Both the position numbers and the translations under genes were made by a program. A stretch of 64,000 nucleotides of DNA from Myxococcota bacterium (GTDB lineage: Bacteria; Myxococcota_A; UBA9160; UBA6930), in NCBI GenBank assembly GCA_965223415.1, contig OZ245002.1, positions 4,096,001 through 4,160,000 on the forward strand, given 5' to 3'. Shown here one piece after another: positions 39,580-48,563 of this stretch. Position 1 is the stretch's first letter; each line of letters begins with the position of its first letter. The notes beneath the pieces are model-generated. The model had not been told where the DNA came from. It saw nothing but the letters and a program-made list of their open reading frames with translations, and searched no databases.

Positions 39580-40740
39580 GTGAGGATCCGAGGGACCTGG
39601 GCCGCCGCCGCGTTCTTCCTCTGGGCCCCGTCCCAGGGCGCCTGGGCCGCCGGCGCACCGGAGCCGCCGGAGGATGCCGTAGTGGCCGTGCTGCCCTTCG
39701 TTCCCGGCGATCCCACCCGCGTGATGGTGGATCTCGCGCCGGAGGGCCAGAAGCCCTTCGTGATGCTGCTCGACACCGGCGCCTCCGATTCCGTCGTTAC
39801 GCCTCGCATGGCGCGGGAGCTCGGTGTGCGGGTGCGGCGCGCCAAGACGACTCCCTACCGGCGGAGTACGAGCCTTGGACGCGACCTCCAGTTCTGGGTC
39901 GACGTCGCGAGCAGTGACACCGCCTCCAAGACCGGCTGGGAGTACGGGCTCCTCGGCGGCGAGTTCCTGGACGACTACGTGCTCGAGCTCGACTACCCGG
40001 CCCAGCGTGTCCGCTTCCTCGACCCGAAGAAGTACCGCGTCCCCGAGGTGGTCGAGGCGGCCGACGAGCGCGTCGTCCGGTTCAAGCGCTCGGGAACGCG
40101 CGTCTTTACCGAGATCGAGGTCGCTGGCGAGACGACGCGAGTGCTGCTGGATACGGGTGCGCCGGACACGGTGGTCCTCTCTGGGCGCGCGGCGCGGGAG
40201 CTCGGACTCGATCTCGAGAACCTGAAGTCCTTCGGCGAAGTGGGCACCGTGATGGGCCCGATGGAGGTCTTCCTGCTGGAGACCGAGGGGTTCCGCTGGG
40301 CCGGCTACGATTTCGACACGACGCCGATGCTGGTCGCGCCGAAGGGTTGGTACAACCAGGCGGGGGCCAACGACTCGGCGCTCGGCTACGACATCCTGCG
40401 GCAGTTCGTGATCCGCATCGACTACAAGCGCAAGCGGCTCTGGCTGAAGCGCTCCGGCGATCGGCGGGTGACCTTCGGTGGCGCAGACTGGGCCGCGGTG
40501 AAGGAGCTCGGTGCCATGCTCGCGCCCGTCGCGCCGGCCCAGTACTGGGTCTGGCAGGTGGACCCCGAGGGCAAGGCCGCGGCGTTCGGGCTGCGCGCGG
40601 GCGACTTCGTGGTCGACCAGCGAGCCGAGGGCCTCGAAGACCTGAAGGGCCTCATCGAAGCTGGCAAGTCGATCAAGGTCATGCGTCTCGACGAAGAGGG
40701 GATCGAGACGGTCTTCGACGTCGGGCCCCGGCAGCCCTGA
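39580..40740 (+). CDS. Exported aspartyl protease with two retropepsin-like domains and a PDZ-like tail
   Basis: Signal peptide; LLDTGASDS and LLDTGAPDT; GLLGGEFL / LGYDIL; AAAFGLRAGD. Confidence 0.82.
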   Translation: MRIRGTWAAAAFFLWAPSQGAWAAGAPEPPEDAVVAVLPFVPGDPTRVMVDLAPEGQKPFVMLLDTGASDSVVTPRMARELGVRVRRAKTTPYRRSTSLGRDLQFWVDVASSDTASKTGWEYGLLGGEFLDDYVLELDYPAQRVRFLDPKKYRVPEVVEAADERVVRFKRSGTRVFTEIEVAGETTRVLLDTGAPDTVVLSGRAARELGLDLENLKSFGEVGTVMGPMEVFLLETEGFRWAGYDFDTTPMLVAPKGWYNQAGANDSALGYDILRQFVIRIDYKRKRLWLKRSGDRRVTFGGADWAAVKELGAMLAPVAPAQYWVWQVDPEGKAAAFGLRAGDFVVDQRAEGLEDLKGLIEAGKSIKVMRLDEEGIETVFDVGPRQP

Positions 40741-40818
40741 CCAGCCGGGCGGCCGGGCGCGCCATCACCTCGAGGACGGGCTACACCAGGCGATGCGCCC
40801 GGGCCCGGAGGAGAACCC

Positions 40819-41781
40819 ATGACCCGACTCGGTTATCAGATCCCGAACTTCACCTACCCCGGCATCGGTCCGGCGGCCATCTACGACAACGTGGTCGCCC
40901 AGGCCCGGGCAGCCGAGGCGGCGGGCTACGACCGCGTCTTCGTGATGGACCACTTCTACCAGCTGCCCGGGATCGGTGCGCCGGAGGAGCCGATGTTCGA
41001 GTGCTACTCGATGCTCTCGGCCCTGGCCCAGCACACCGAGCGGGTGCGACTCTCGGCGCTGGTCACCGGCAACACCTATCGGAACCCGGCCCTGCTGGCG
41101 AAGAGCGTCACCACCCTCGACCACGTGTCGGGAGGGCGGGCCACCCTGGGCATCGGGGCCGGCTGGTTCGAGAAGGAGCACGTCGACCTGGGCTTCGAGT
41201 TCGGCACCTTCACCGATCGCTTCGAGAAGCTGGAGGAAGCCCTCCGGATCATCGCTCCCATGCTCCGGGGCGAGCGGCCGACCCTCGACGGCAAGCACTA
41301 CCGGGTGAGCGAGGCGGTGAACTCGCCGGCGCCGATCTCGAAGATCCCGATCATGATCGGCGGGCAGGGCGAGAAGAAGACCCTTCGCATGGTTGCCCAG
41401 TACGCGGACGAGTCGAACCTGGTCGGTCCCAACGAGGCGATTCCGCGCAAGCTCGAGGTGCTGGCCGAGCACTGCGAGCGTCTGGGCCGCGACCGCTCGG
41501 AGATCACCGTGACGAAGCTCATGATGGTGGCGGTGGCGCCCACTCAGGAAGAGCTCGACGCCGACCTCGCCGCGGTCGCGGAAGTGAAGGGCTGGAGCGA
41601 CGCCCACATCGCTGCGGCGAAGCAGGCGCTGATCACCGGCGACCCGGACACCGTCGGTGAGGTGCTCCAGAAGGCCGTCGCCGACGGCTTGGACGGGATC
41701 GTCGTCGACCTGCCCGCCAACGGGCACAACACCGAGCGGATCGAGCTGCTGGGCGAGATCGCCAACAAGATCCTGCGCTAG
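40819..41781 (+). CDS. LLM-class (probably F420-dependent) oxidoreductase
   Basis: VMDHFYQLP, LVTGNTYRNPALLAK, GIGAGWFEKEH, IMIGGQGEKKTLR. Confidence 0.88.
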   Translation: MTRLGYQIPNFTYPGIGPAAIYDNVVAQARAAEAAGYDRVFVMDHFYQLPGIGAPEEPMFECYSMLSALAQHTERVRLSALVTGNTYRNPALLAKSVTTLDHVSGGRATLGIGAGWFEKEHVDLGFEFGTFTDRFEKLEEALRIIAPMLRGERPTLDGKHYRVSEAVNSPAPISKIPIMIGGQGEKKTLRMVAQYADESNLVGPNEAIPRKLEVLAEHCERLGRDRSEITVTKLMMVAVAPTQEELDADLAAVAEVKGWSDAHIAAAKQALITGDPDTVGEVLQKAVADGLDGIVVDLPANGHNTERIELLGEIANKILR

Positions 41782-41834
41782 GGTGCGAGGAGCGCTTCGC
41801 TTCGACTTCTCCCGGACGTAGCGGGAGGGAGGGC

Positions 41835-42434
41835 CTAGCCGTCCGGCGACGCCGCGTTGAACAGCCGGTCCCGGGCACGCTCGATGTGCTCGCGCAGGGT
41901 CGCGAAGTGGCCGGCGGTGAGCCGGCCGAGCACCCGGGCGTCGCGACCCACGCGGACCTGGTAGCGGACCTTTCCCTCCTTCACCCACACGCCCAGACCG
42001 AAGCCCTCCACGCCGACGATGTGGGCCTCGGTCTCGAGGCCGCGGCCGCCTTCGGAAGCGACCAGCTCCAGGCTGGCCATCCCGCCGAGCAGCGTTTCCA
42101 CCTCGTGGAGGTCCAGGTAGGCGACCCGCTCCTCCGGCTCGAGCTCCGCCGCGTCCAGGTCGACGCGCAGGCCGAGCAGGCGCTGGCTCTCGTAGCCCGG
42201 CTCGAAGGCGCCGATGCCCGAGACCATCAGCGAGCCGCCGCCCTGGATGGGGATCGAGGGCTGGGGGCTCTGGCGGGTGACCAGCACCCGGCCCGTTTGC
42301 TCGAGGAAGCGCCGCAGCTCGCTCATCGTCGGCTGTGGCTGCGGCAGGGGGATCTCCGTCGGCGGCGGGTGGACCGGTTGTGCAACCGCCACGGCCGCCA
42401 ACAGAAGCGCCGCCAGGCCCAGGCTCTTGCTCAT
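41835..42434 (-). CDS. Hypothetical exported protein
   Basis: Signal peptide MSKSLGLAALLLAAVAVA; ATGA overlap with suhB. Confidence 0.65.
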   Translation of the reverse strand: MSKSLGLAALLLAAVAVAQPVHPPPTEIPLPQPQPTMSELRRFLEQTGRVLVTRQSPQPSIPIQGGGSLMVSGIGAFEPGYESQRLLGLRVDLDAAELEPEERVAYLDLHEVETLLGGMASLELVASEGGRGLETEAHIVGVEGFGLGVWVKEGKVRYQVRVGRDARVLGRLTAGHFATLREHIERARDRLFNAASPDG

Positions 42435-43222
42435 GCGCACCCCCGCAGCACGTCGAGCATGGGCTCGTGCAGGGCGCCGTTGCTCGCCACCACCGCGCGG
42501 CCACTCCAGTGGCCGCTTCCGCCCTCCGCATCGCTGGTGCGTCCGCCCGCCTCCTCGACGATCAGGCAGCCCGCCGCCACGTCCCAGGGCTGGAGCTTGA
42601 ACTCCCAGAAGCCGTCGAAGCGCCCGGCGGCGACGTAGCAGAGATCGAGGGCGGCGCTCCCGTCTCGACGCAACGCCCGAGCCGCCTTCAGGAAGGAGGC
42701 GAACTGGGTGATGTTGTCCTCCTCGCTCTTGCGGCGATCGTAGGCGAAGCCCGTGGCGAGCAGGCCCTTGGAGAGATCGGTCTCCGGCGAGACGCGGATG
42801 CCCTTGCCGTTGAGCCGCGCGCCCGCGCCGCGCTCGGCCTCGTACAGCTCGTCGAGGAGCGGGTCGTAGACCACGCCCAGCCACGGCTCCCCCGCCCGGA
42901 CCACGCCGATCGAGACGCAGAAGCGCGGGTAGGCGTGGGCGTAGTTCGTCGTGCCGTCCAGAGGGTCGACGATCCAGCGCAGCTCGGCGCCGGGCCGCTC
43001 CACGCCGCTGCCCTCCTCGGCGAGGATGGCGTCGTCGGGACGGGCGGTGGAGATCCCCTCGACGACGATCGCCTCGCAGGCCCGGTCGACCTCGGTCACC
43101 AGGTCGACCGCGGCGCTCTTGGTCTCGATCACCAGCTCGGTGGCATAGCGTTCCCGCTGGAGGGCGCCGGCCTCCCGGGCGAGGCGACGGGCGAGATCGA
43201 GGACGGGCGCGGCCTCCGTCAC
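42431..43222 (-). CDS. suhB: Inositol monophosphatase
   Basis: DLVTEVD, AEEG, WIVDPLDGTTNY, GSAALDLC, PWDVAAG. Confidence 0.93.
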   Translation of the reverse strand: MTEAAPVLDLARRLAREAGALQRERYATELVIETKSAAVDLVTEVDRACEAIVVEGISTARPDDAILAEEGSGVERPGAELRWIVDPLDGTTNYAHAYPRFCVSIGVVRAGEPWLGVVYDPLLDELYEAERGAGARLNGKGIRVSPETDLSKGLLATGFAYDRRKSEEDNITQFASFLKAARALRRDGSAALDLCYVAAGRFDGFWEFKLQPWDVAAGCLIVEEAGGRTSDAEGGSGHWSGRAVVASNGALHEPMLDVLRGCA

Positions 43223-44028
43223 GCCTCCTCCCCCGGCAGCCGGAAGAGCCGGCGTGCGTTGTCGGCGGTCCGCTCCGCGATCTCCTCGGCGGGGAGGCCC
43301 TTTACGTCGGCGAGCACGCGGCCCACCACCGCCACGTGGGCCGGCTCGTTGCGCTTTCCGCGGTGTCCTTCCGGGGCCAGCAGAGGGGCGTCGGTCTCCA
43401 CGAGCAGGCGTTCGAGGGGCAGGTCCGCGGCCACGTTGCGCAGGCCGCGGTCTCGCTTGAAGGTGAGGATCCCGGAGAAGGAGATCCAGAGACGGCGGTC
43501 GAGGGCGCGCCGGGCGAAGGGGAGATCATGGGTGTAGCAGTGGAGCACGCCTTCCACTTCGCCGCGGCCGCAGGCCTGCCAGATGTCGAGCATCTCCTCG
43601 TAGGCGGCGCTCTCCCGGTCGCGGACGTGGAGGCTCACCGGCAGGTCGAGCTCCCGCGCGAGGCTCACCTGCTCGGCGAAGACCTCGCGCTGCACCTGCC
43701 GCGGCGAGTTCTCGTAGAAGTAGTCGAGGCCGCACTCGCCGACGGCGACCACCCGCGGCGCCGCGAGCCACTCGCGCAGCTTCGGCCGACCCGCGTCGTT
43801 CAGCTGGTCCGCGTCGTGGGGGTGCACGCCGACCGTGGCGAAGACCCGGGGGTCGCGGGCCGCCAGCTCCACGGCGCGGCGGTTGTGCTCGACGCCGTAG
43901 CCGGCACCGACGGCGATCATCGTGGCGACCCCGTCGGCCTCGGCCCGCGCCATCACCTCGACCCGGTCCTCGGCGAAGGCGTCAGCCGTCACGTGGCAGT
44001 GGGAGTCGAGCCAGGCAGGGGCGCTCAT
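43219..44028 (-). CDS. tatD: TatD family nuclease
   Basis: DSHCH, GVHPH, GECGLDY, HVR, HCYT, ETDAP, NEP. Confidence 0.95.
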   Translation of the reverse strand: MSAPAWLDSHCHVTADAFAEDRVEVMARAEADGVATMIAVGAGYGVEHNRRAVELAARDPRVFATVGVHPHDADQLNDAGRPKLREWLAAPRVVAVGECGLDYFYENSPRQVQREVFAEQVSLARELDLPVSLHVRDRESAAYEEMLDIWQACGRGEVEGVLHCYTHDLPFARRALDRRLWISFSGILTFKRDRGLRNVAADLPLERLLVETDAPLLAPEGHRGKRNEPAHVAVVGRVLADVKGLPAEEIAERTADNARRLFRLPGEEA

Positions 44029-45581
44029 GCGATCTCCTCCGGGAGCTCGGCTCTGGGGAAGAGGGAATCGCCCTTGGTGGTGGCGGTGCCGGGTGCGAGC
44101 CGGTCCCAGGCCGCGGCGTCGTCCGGCAGCCGGGCGCCCGCGAGGAGCTCGGGCTGGCCGAGGCGGGCCAGGATCTCCGCGGCGGCCTCGGGGACGAGGG
44201 GCGCCAGCAGGAGCCCGATCGATCGCAGGGCCTGGCAGCAGGTGTAGAGGGTCGTGCGCACCTCTGCCTCGCGTTCCTCCTCCTTCGCCGCCTTCCAGGG
44301 CGCCCGCTGATCCAGGTACTTGTTGGTCGCGTCGACGAGGCGCATCACGGCCTCGGCCGCCCGGTGGAGCTCGAGGCTGCGCACCCGTCGATCCACCTCG
44401 GCGGCCGCGTCGGCCGCGGCCTGCCGTACGCCCGCTTCGAGCTCGGCCCCGGGGCCCGGCTCCGGCACCACGCCGCCGGCGAAGCGCGCGGTCATGTTCA
44501 GCGTGCGGCTCACCAGGTTGCCCAGGTTGTTGGCCAGGTCCGCGTTGATGCGCGTGACCAGCGCCTCCTCGCTGAAGCCGGCGTCGAGGCCGAAGGACAT
44601 CTCCCGCAGCAGGAACCAGCGGAAGGCGTCGAAGCCGTAGCGCTCGCGCATGGCGAGGGGCGAGATCATGTTGCCGAGGCTCTTGGAGATCTTGCGGTCG
44701 TCGACGTTCCAGTAGCCGTGGACGTCCAGGTGCCGGTAGAGCGGGATGTCCGCCGCCATCAGCATGCACGGCCAGAAGACGCCGTGGGGCTTCAGGATGT
44801 CCTTCGCCACCAGGTGCTCGACGCCGGCCCAGCGCTGCTCCCAGTCCGGGCCGTCGGGATAGCCCAGGCCGGCCAGGTAGTTGATCAGGGCGTCGAACCA
44901 CACGTAGCAGACGTAGTCCCGGTCGAAGGGCAGCTCGATGCCCCACTCGAGGCGGCTCTTCGGGCGTGAGATGCACAGATCGTCGAGGCCGCTGCCTTCG
45001 CGCAGCATCGCGATCACCTCGTTGCGGTAGCGCGCGGGGCGGATCCAATCGCGCTCGCGCTCGAGCTGCTCGCCCAGGGCGTCGAAATAGCGGCTCATCC
45101 GGAAGAAGTAGTTCGACTCGGTGCGCTCCTCCGGGGCGCGCTCGTGGTCCCTGCACAGCCCGTCCACCATGTCGCGCTCGGTGAGGAACCGCTCGCAGCC
45201 GACGCAGTAGAGCCCGGCGTACTCGCGGAAGTCGATATCGCCCTTCTCGTGGACGACCCCGAGGATGTGCTGGACGGCCCGGACGTGATCCCGGTCGGTG
45301 GTGCGGATGAAGCGGTCGAAGGAGATCCCGAGGCTCTCCCAGGTGGAGCGGAAGATCCCGGACACCCGGTCGGCGAAGGCCTTCGGGTCGCTGCCCTGGG
45401 CCTCCGCGGCCAGGGCGATCTTGTCGCCGTGCTCGTCGGTACCGGTGAGGAAGAAGGTCCGCTCGCCGGCCAGCCGGTGGTAGCGGGCCAGGGTGTCGGC
45501 GACGACCGTGGTGTACGTGTGGCCGATGTGGGGCTCGGCGTTCACGTAGTAGATGGGCGTCGTGATGGCGTAGTCGCTCAC
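44025..45581 (-). CDS. metG: Methionine--tRNA ligase
   Basis: TTPIYYVN..HIGH, GTDEHG, YVWFDAL, KISKS, NNLGNL. Confidence 0.97.
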   Translation of the reverse strand: MSDYAITTPIYYVNAEPHIGHTYTTVVADTLARYHRLAGERTFFLTGTDEHGDKIALAAEAQGSDPKAFADRVSGIFRSTWESLGISFDRFIRTTDRDHVRAVQHILGVVHEKGDIDFREYAGLYCVGCERFLTERDMVDGLCRDHERAPEERTESNYFFRMSRYFDALGEQLERERDWIRPARYRNEVIAMLREGSGLDDLCISRPKSRLEWGIELPFDRDYVCYVWFDALINYLAGLGYPDGPDWEQRWAGVEHLVAKDILKPHGVFWPCMLMAADIPLYRHLDVHGYWNVDDRKISKSLGNMISPLAMRERYGFDAFRWFLLREMSFGLDAGFSEEALVTRINADLANNLGNLVSRTLNMTARFAGGVVPEPGPGAELEAGVRQAAADAAAEVDRRVRSLELHRAAEAVMRLVDATNKYLDQRAPWKAAKEEEREAEVRTTLYTCCQALRSIGLLLAPLVPEAAAEILARLGQPELLAGARLPDDAAAWDRLAPGTATTKGDSLFPRAELPEEIA

Positions 45582-45612
45582 GGGTAGGGACTCGTGGACG
45601 CGTCGTCGCCGC

Positions 45613-46497
45613 TCACGCGAGCGCGCCGTCCTTCAGGGCGAGGAGCGCGCGCTCGGCCACCATCTGCGGGTTGGCGTTGCGCTGGGCCAGGCTCTTGCGG
45701 CAGCGCTGCAGGGTGTCGAAGGCGGCCAGGGCGCCGTCGAGGTCCGTGCGGCCTCCCTCGGCCGCGCCGCACAGCTCGCGGTGGAGCCATGCCGAAGCCG
45801 TCGCGAGCAGCTCGTTCACGCCGGCGGCGGCGATCGCCCGGGGCCCGCGGAAGCTCTCGGCCCAGTCGAGGAGCTCCGGAATGCCGGCCCCCCCGATGCC
45901 CTCCAGGCGCAGGGCGAGGGCGGCGGCCTCCTCGCCCTCGAGAGCCTGGGAGCTGCCGACCGGGAAGGCGACTCGCGTGCAGCGCGAGCGAACCGTAGCC
46001 AGGAGCCCGGCCGGGCTCTGGGTGACGAGCACCAGGCTGGTGCGGGGCGGCGGCTCCTCCAGCAGGCGGAGCAGCGCGTTCTGGGCCTCCTGATTCAGCC
46101 ACTCGGCGTCGGCGATCACGGCGGCGCGGCGGCCGTCCTCGCTGCCCCGCAGTCGCAGCGCGGACTGGACCGCACGCACCTGGCCGATGCGCACCCGCGT
46201 GTCGTCGGCACCGCGCTCGACCCACAGGAGATCCGGGTGGTCGCCCACGTGCCGCATCGGCGGGCCCTTCTTGCCGGCCCCATCCAGGGAGATCGGCTCG
46301 CCCGGCTCCGAGCGGCGACAGCTCCGGCAGGTGCCGCAGGGCGCGCTCTCGGGAGCGCCCTGGCAGACCAGCGCGCGCACGAACGCTGCGGCCGCGTCCC
46401 TGGGAGCTGCGCCTGGGCCCGAGAGCAGGTAGGCGGAGTGGATGCGGCCCGCGATCAGGCTCTCGCGGAGCCCCGGCGGCAGCGCGGCAACGGCCAT
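45613..46497 (-). CDS. holB: DNA polymerase III delta' subunit
   Basis: HSAYLLSGP, C..PCGTCRSC, HPDL, AQNALLRLLEEPP, TVRSRC; degenerate Walker A. Confidence 0.88.
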   Translation of the reverse strand: MAVAALPPGLRESLIAGRIHSAYLLSGPGAAPRDAAAAFVRALVCQGAPESAPCGTCRSCRRSEPGEPISLDGAGKKGPPMRHVGDHPDLLWVERGADDTRVRIGQVRAVQSALRLRGSEDGRRAAVIADAEWLNQEAQNALLRLLEEPPPRTSLVLVTQSPAGLLATVRSRCTRVAFPVGSSQALEGEEAAALALRLEGIGGAGIPELLDWAESFRGPRAIAAAGVNELLATASAWLHRELCGAAEGGRTDLDGALAAFDTLQRCRKSLAQRNANPQMVAERALLALKDGALA

Positions 46498-46693
46498 GCC
46501 GCGGCGAGTCTAGCGTTCGCCGGCGGAAGGTCAGCGCTTCACGGGGCTGCAAGGGAGCTGCGGGGGGACTTCCAAACCGTTGATTTTGCAGCCTTTTTCG
46601 AGGCGATGGCGGCGCCTGGTCAATTCCCTGGGAGCGTCCCTCAAGTTTCCCCGGCACGCGCCGAAACCGGCCACCAAGGGGGGTGCGCGACCC

Positions 46694-47134
46694 ATGGCAT
46701 TCGGACGCGGTCGAGGCGAGGAGGACGACACGATGGCAGGGAACCAACAGCCCGGAGGCAGCGGCGCGCAGCCCGGCCTCACGGCCTTCATCGACCAGGG
46801 CTCGGCCTTCGAGGGCAAGCTCTCCTTCAAGGACACGGTCCGCATCGACGGCAGCTTCCGCGGACAGATCAGCAGCGAGAACACCCTCGTGGTCGGCGAG
46901 ACCGGCGAGATCGACGCGAACATCGAGTCGAAGACCGTCGAGGTGAGCGGCCACGTCACCGGCGACGTCATCGCCACCCGCAAGATCGTGCTGCACAAGA
47001 CGGCCACCGTCGAAGGCAACCTGGACTGCCCCACGGTCGTGATCGAGGACGGCGCCAGCTTCAACGGCCAGCTCACGATGACCCGCGACAAGAAGGCCGC
47101 GCCCAAGCCGTCCGAGCCCAGCCCCCACAGCTAG
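46694..47134 (+). CDS. Bactofilin (polymer-forming cytoskeletal protein)
   Basis: FEGKLSF..VRIDG..GQI..VGETG..V.G.V..IEDGASFNG beta-helix pattern; alternative start 46733. Confidence 0.92.
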   Translation: MAFGRGRGEEDDTMAGNQQPGGSGAQPGLTAFIDQGSAFEGKLSFKDTVRIDGSFRGQISSENTLVVGETGEIDANIESKTVEVSGHVTGDVIATRKIVLHKTATVEGNLDCPTVVIEDGASFNGQLTMTRDKKAAPKPSEPSPHS

Positions 47135-47149
47135 CCGCACGACCCAAAG

Positions 47150-47270
47150 CGCAAGAGCGGGGACGTTCCTTGCGTCTTTCGCTTTCCGTCGGAGACGGAG
47201 TCCCCTGGACCGGCGCCGCCCTCGCACGAGAACGCAAGTTGCAAGGAACGTCCCCGCTCTTGCGTTCTCG
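47150..47270. repeat. REP/MITE-like element with a 24-bp perfect inverted repeat
   Basis: cgcaagagcggggacgttccttgc (47150-47173) / gcaaggaacgtccccgctcttgcg (47241-47264); nested 12-bp IR 47227-47238 / 47259-47270. Confidence 0.85.
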
Positions 47271-47273
47271 GGG

Positions 47274-47564
47274 CTAGGCGCGGGGCAGGAACCAGCGGCG
47301 GGGGCTGAGGTGGACCAGGAGGCCTTCCGGGCTGGCCTGGACGCTGAGGCCGGGCTGGGCGATGCGGATGCTGCCGTGGGAGACGCTGCCGGTCTGCAGC
47401 TCGAAGACCGTCGCGGCGCCGCAGGCGCAGCAAGTGGCGCGGACGCGGCGCTCGCCCTGCCAGGCGCGGTCGGGCTGGTCCAGCCAGACCGCCAGGTCCT
47501 GACGCTGGCCACAGGCGGGGCAGGGCAGCGGACGCAGGGCCGCCAGCGCGGCCGGCTCGGCCAC
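47274..47564 (-). CDS. Small Cys-rich zinc-ribbon-like hypothetical protein
   Basis: CPACG and CCACG pairs; GTG start immediately after the NifU-domain gene. Confidence 0.55.
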   Translation of the reverse strand: MAEPAALAALRPLPCPACGQRQDLAVWLDQPDRAWQGERRVRATCCACGAATVFELQTGSVSHGSIRIAQPGLSVQASPEGLLVHLSPRRWFLPRA

Positions 47565-47568
47565 GGGC

Positions 47569-47838
47569 TCAGCCTTCCAGCGGCGTCGGATCGCCCGGGA
47601 CGGGGACGACGCCGCTCACCTCCGGTACGGCCTCGCGGACGGCGGGCTCCAGGGCGAAGCGCACGGTCGCGCTCTGGGCGGGGCAGCTGGCGCAGGCACC
47701 CTGCATCTCCAGCTGCACCGTGCCGTCGGCCGCCACGCCCAGGAGCTCCACGTTGCCCCCGTCCCGGAGGAGGCCCGGCCGGATCCGGTCGAGGGCGCGC
47801 TCGAGCTTGCGACGGACGTCTTGGGAGGCTCCGGTCAT
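47569..47838 (-). CDS. NifU C-terminal domain (Nfu-type) Fe-S protein
   Basis: IRPGLLRDGGNVEL..QGACASCP; AGGAGG RBS. Confidence 0.9.
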   Translation of the reverse strand: MTGASQDVRRKLERALDRIRPGLLRDGGNVELLGVAADGTVQLEMQGACASCPAQSATVRFALEPAVREAVPEVSGVVPVPGDPTPLEG

Positions 47839-47891
47839 ACCCTCCTATCGGTCGTAGAGGCCCTCGGCCTGAACCGGCTAGAGTCCGCCGG

Positions 47892-48563
47892 ATGCAGGTC
47901 GTCGTGAAGCTCTTCGGCTCGATCCGCGAGGCCACCGGCGCGAAGGAGCTCGTGGTGGAGCTGCCGCCCGGGGCCGGGGTGGCGGACCTCCGGGCGCTCC
48001 TGGCCCGGGACCATCCGGCCTTCGACGAGATGGGGGAGCGCCTGCGGGTTTCGGTGAACCTGGAGTTCGTGAAGGGCTCGCCGGCCCTGGCCGACGGCGA
48101 CGAGGTGGCCTTCCTGCCCCCGGTGGCCGGCGGGCAGGGCGAGGTTGCCGGCCGCTGTCGCCTGTTGGAGACGCCCCTCGACGTGGGCGCCGTCGTCGAG
48201 CGAGTCGCGGGCCCGGACGCGGGCGGCGTCGTCACCTTCGTCGGGACCGTCCGGAACGCGTCGCGCGGCAAGGACATCCGCCACCTCGAGTACGAGGCCT
48301 ATCCGGGCATGGCCGAGCAGGAGCTGGACCGCATCTGCGAGGAGGCGGGTGCCCGCTGGCCTGGCACCCGGGTTGCCGTCGACCACCGGACGGGCCACCT
48401 CGAGATCGGCGACATCGCCGTGGTGGTGGTCGCCGCCTCGCCCCACCGCGTCGAGGCCTTCGAAGCCTGCCGCTTCACGATCGACACGCTGAAGGAGCGC
48501 GTGCCGATCTGGAAGAAGGAAGTCGCGACCGACGGCGCCTACTGGGTGGACGACCACGCGTGA
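47892..48563 (+). CDS. Fused molybdopterin synthase MoaD-MoaE
   Basis: MoaD (VKLFG..DGDEVAFLPPVAGG) in frame with MoaE (GGVVTFVGTVR, LEYEAY, SPHR, PIWKKE). Confidence 0.92.
   Translation: MQVVVKLFGSIREATGAKELVVELPPGAGVADLRALLARDHPAFDEMGERLRVSVNLEFVKGSPALADGDEVAFLPPVAGGQGEVAGRCRLLETPLDVGAVVERVAGPDAGGVVTFVGTVRNASRGKDIRHLEYEAYPGMAEQELDRICEEAGARWPGTRVAVDHRTGHLEIGDIAVVVVAASPHRVEAFEACRFTIDTLKERVPIWKKEVATDGAYWVDDHA

Noticed and set aside
43219..46497. holB degenerate Walker A and absence of tmk/ricT beside holB-metG-tatD
   Set aside because: Delta' is normally ATPase-inactive and this gene block is often rearranged
45578..48277. Long antisense or alternative-frame ORFs here and throughout the window
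   Set aside because: Shadow ORFs typical of high-GC DNA; they overlap well-supported genes and lack motifs
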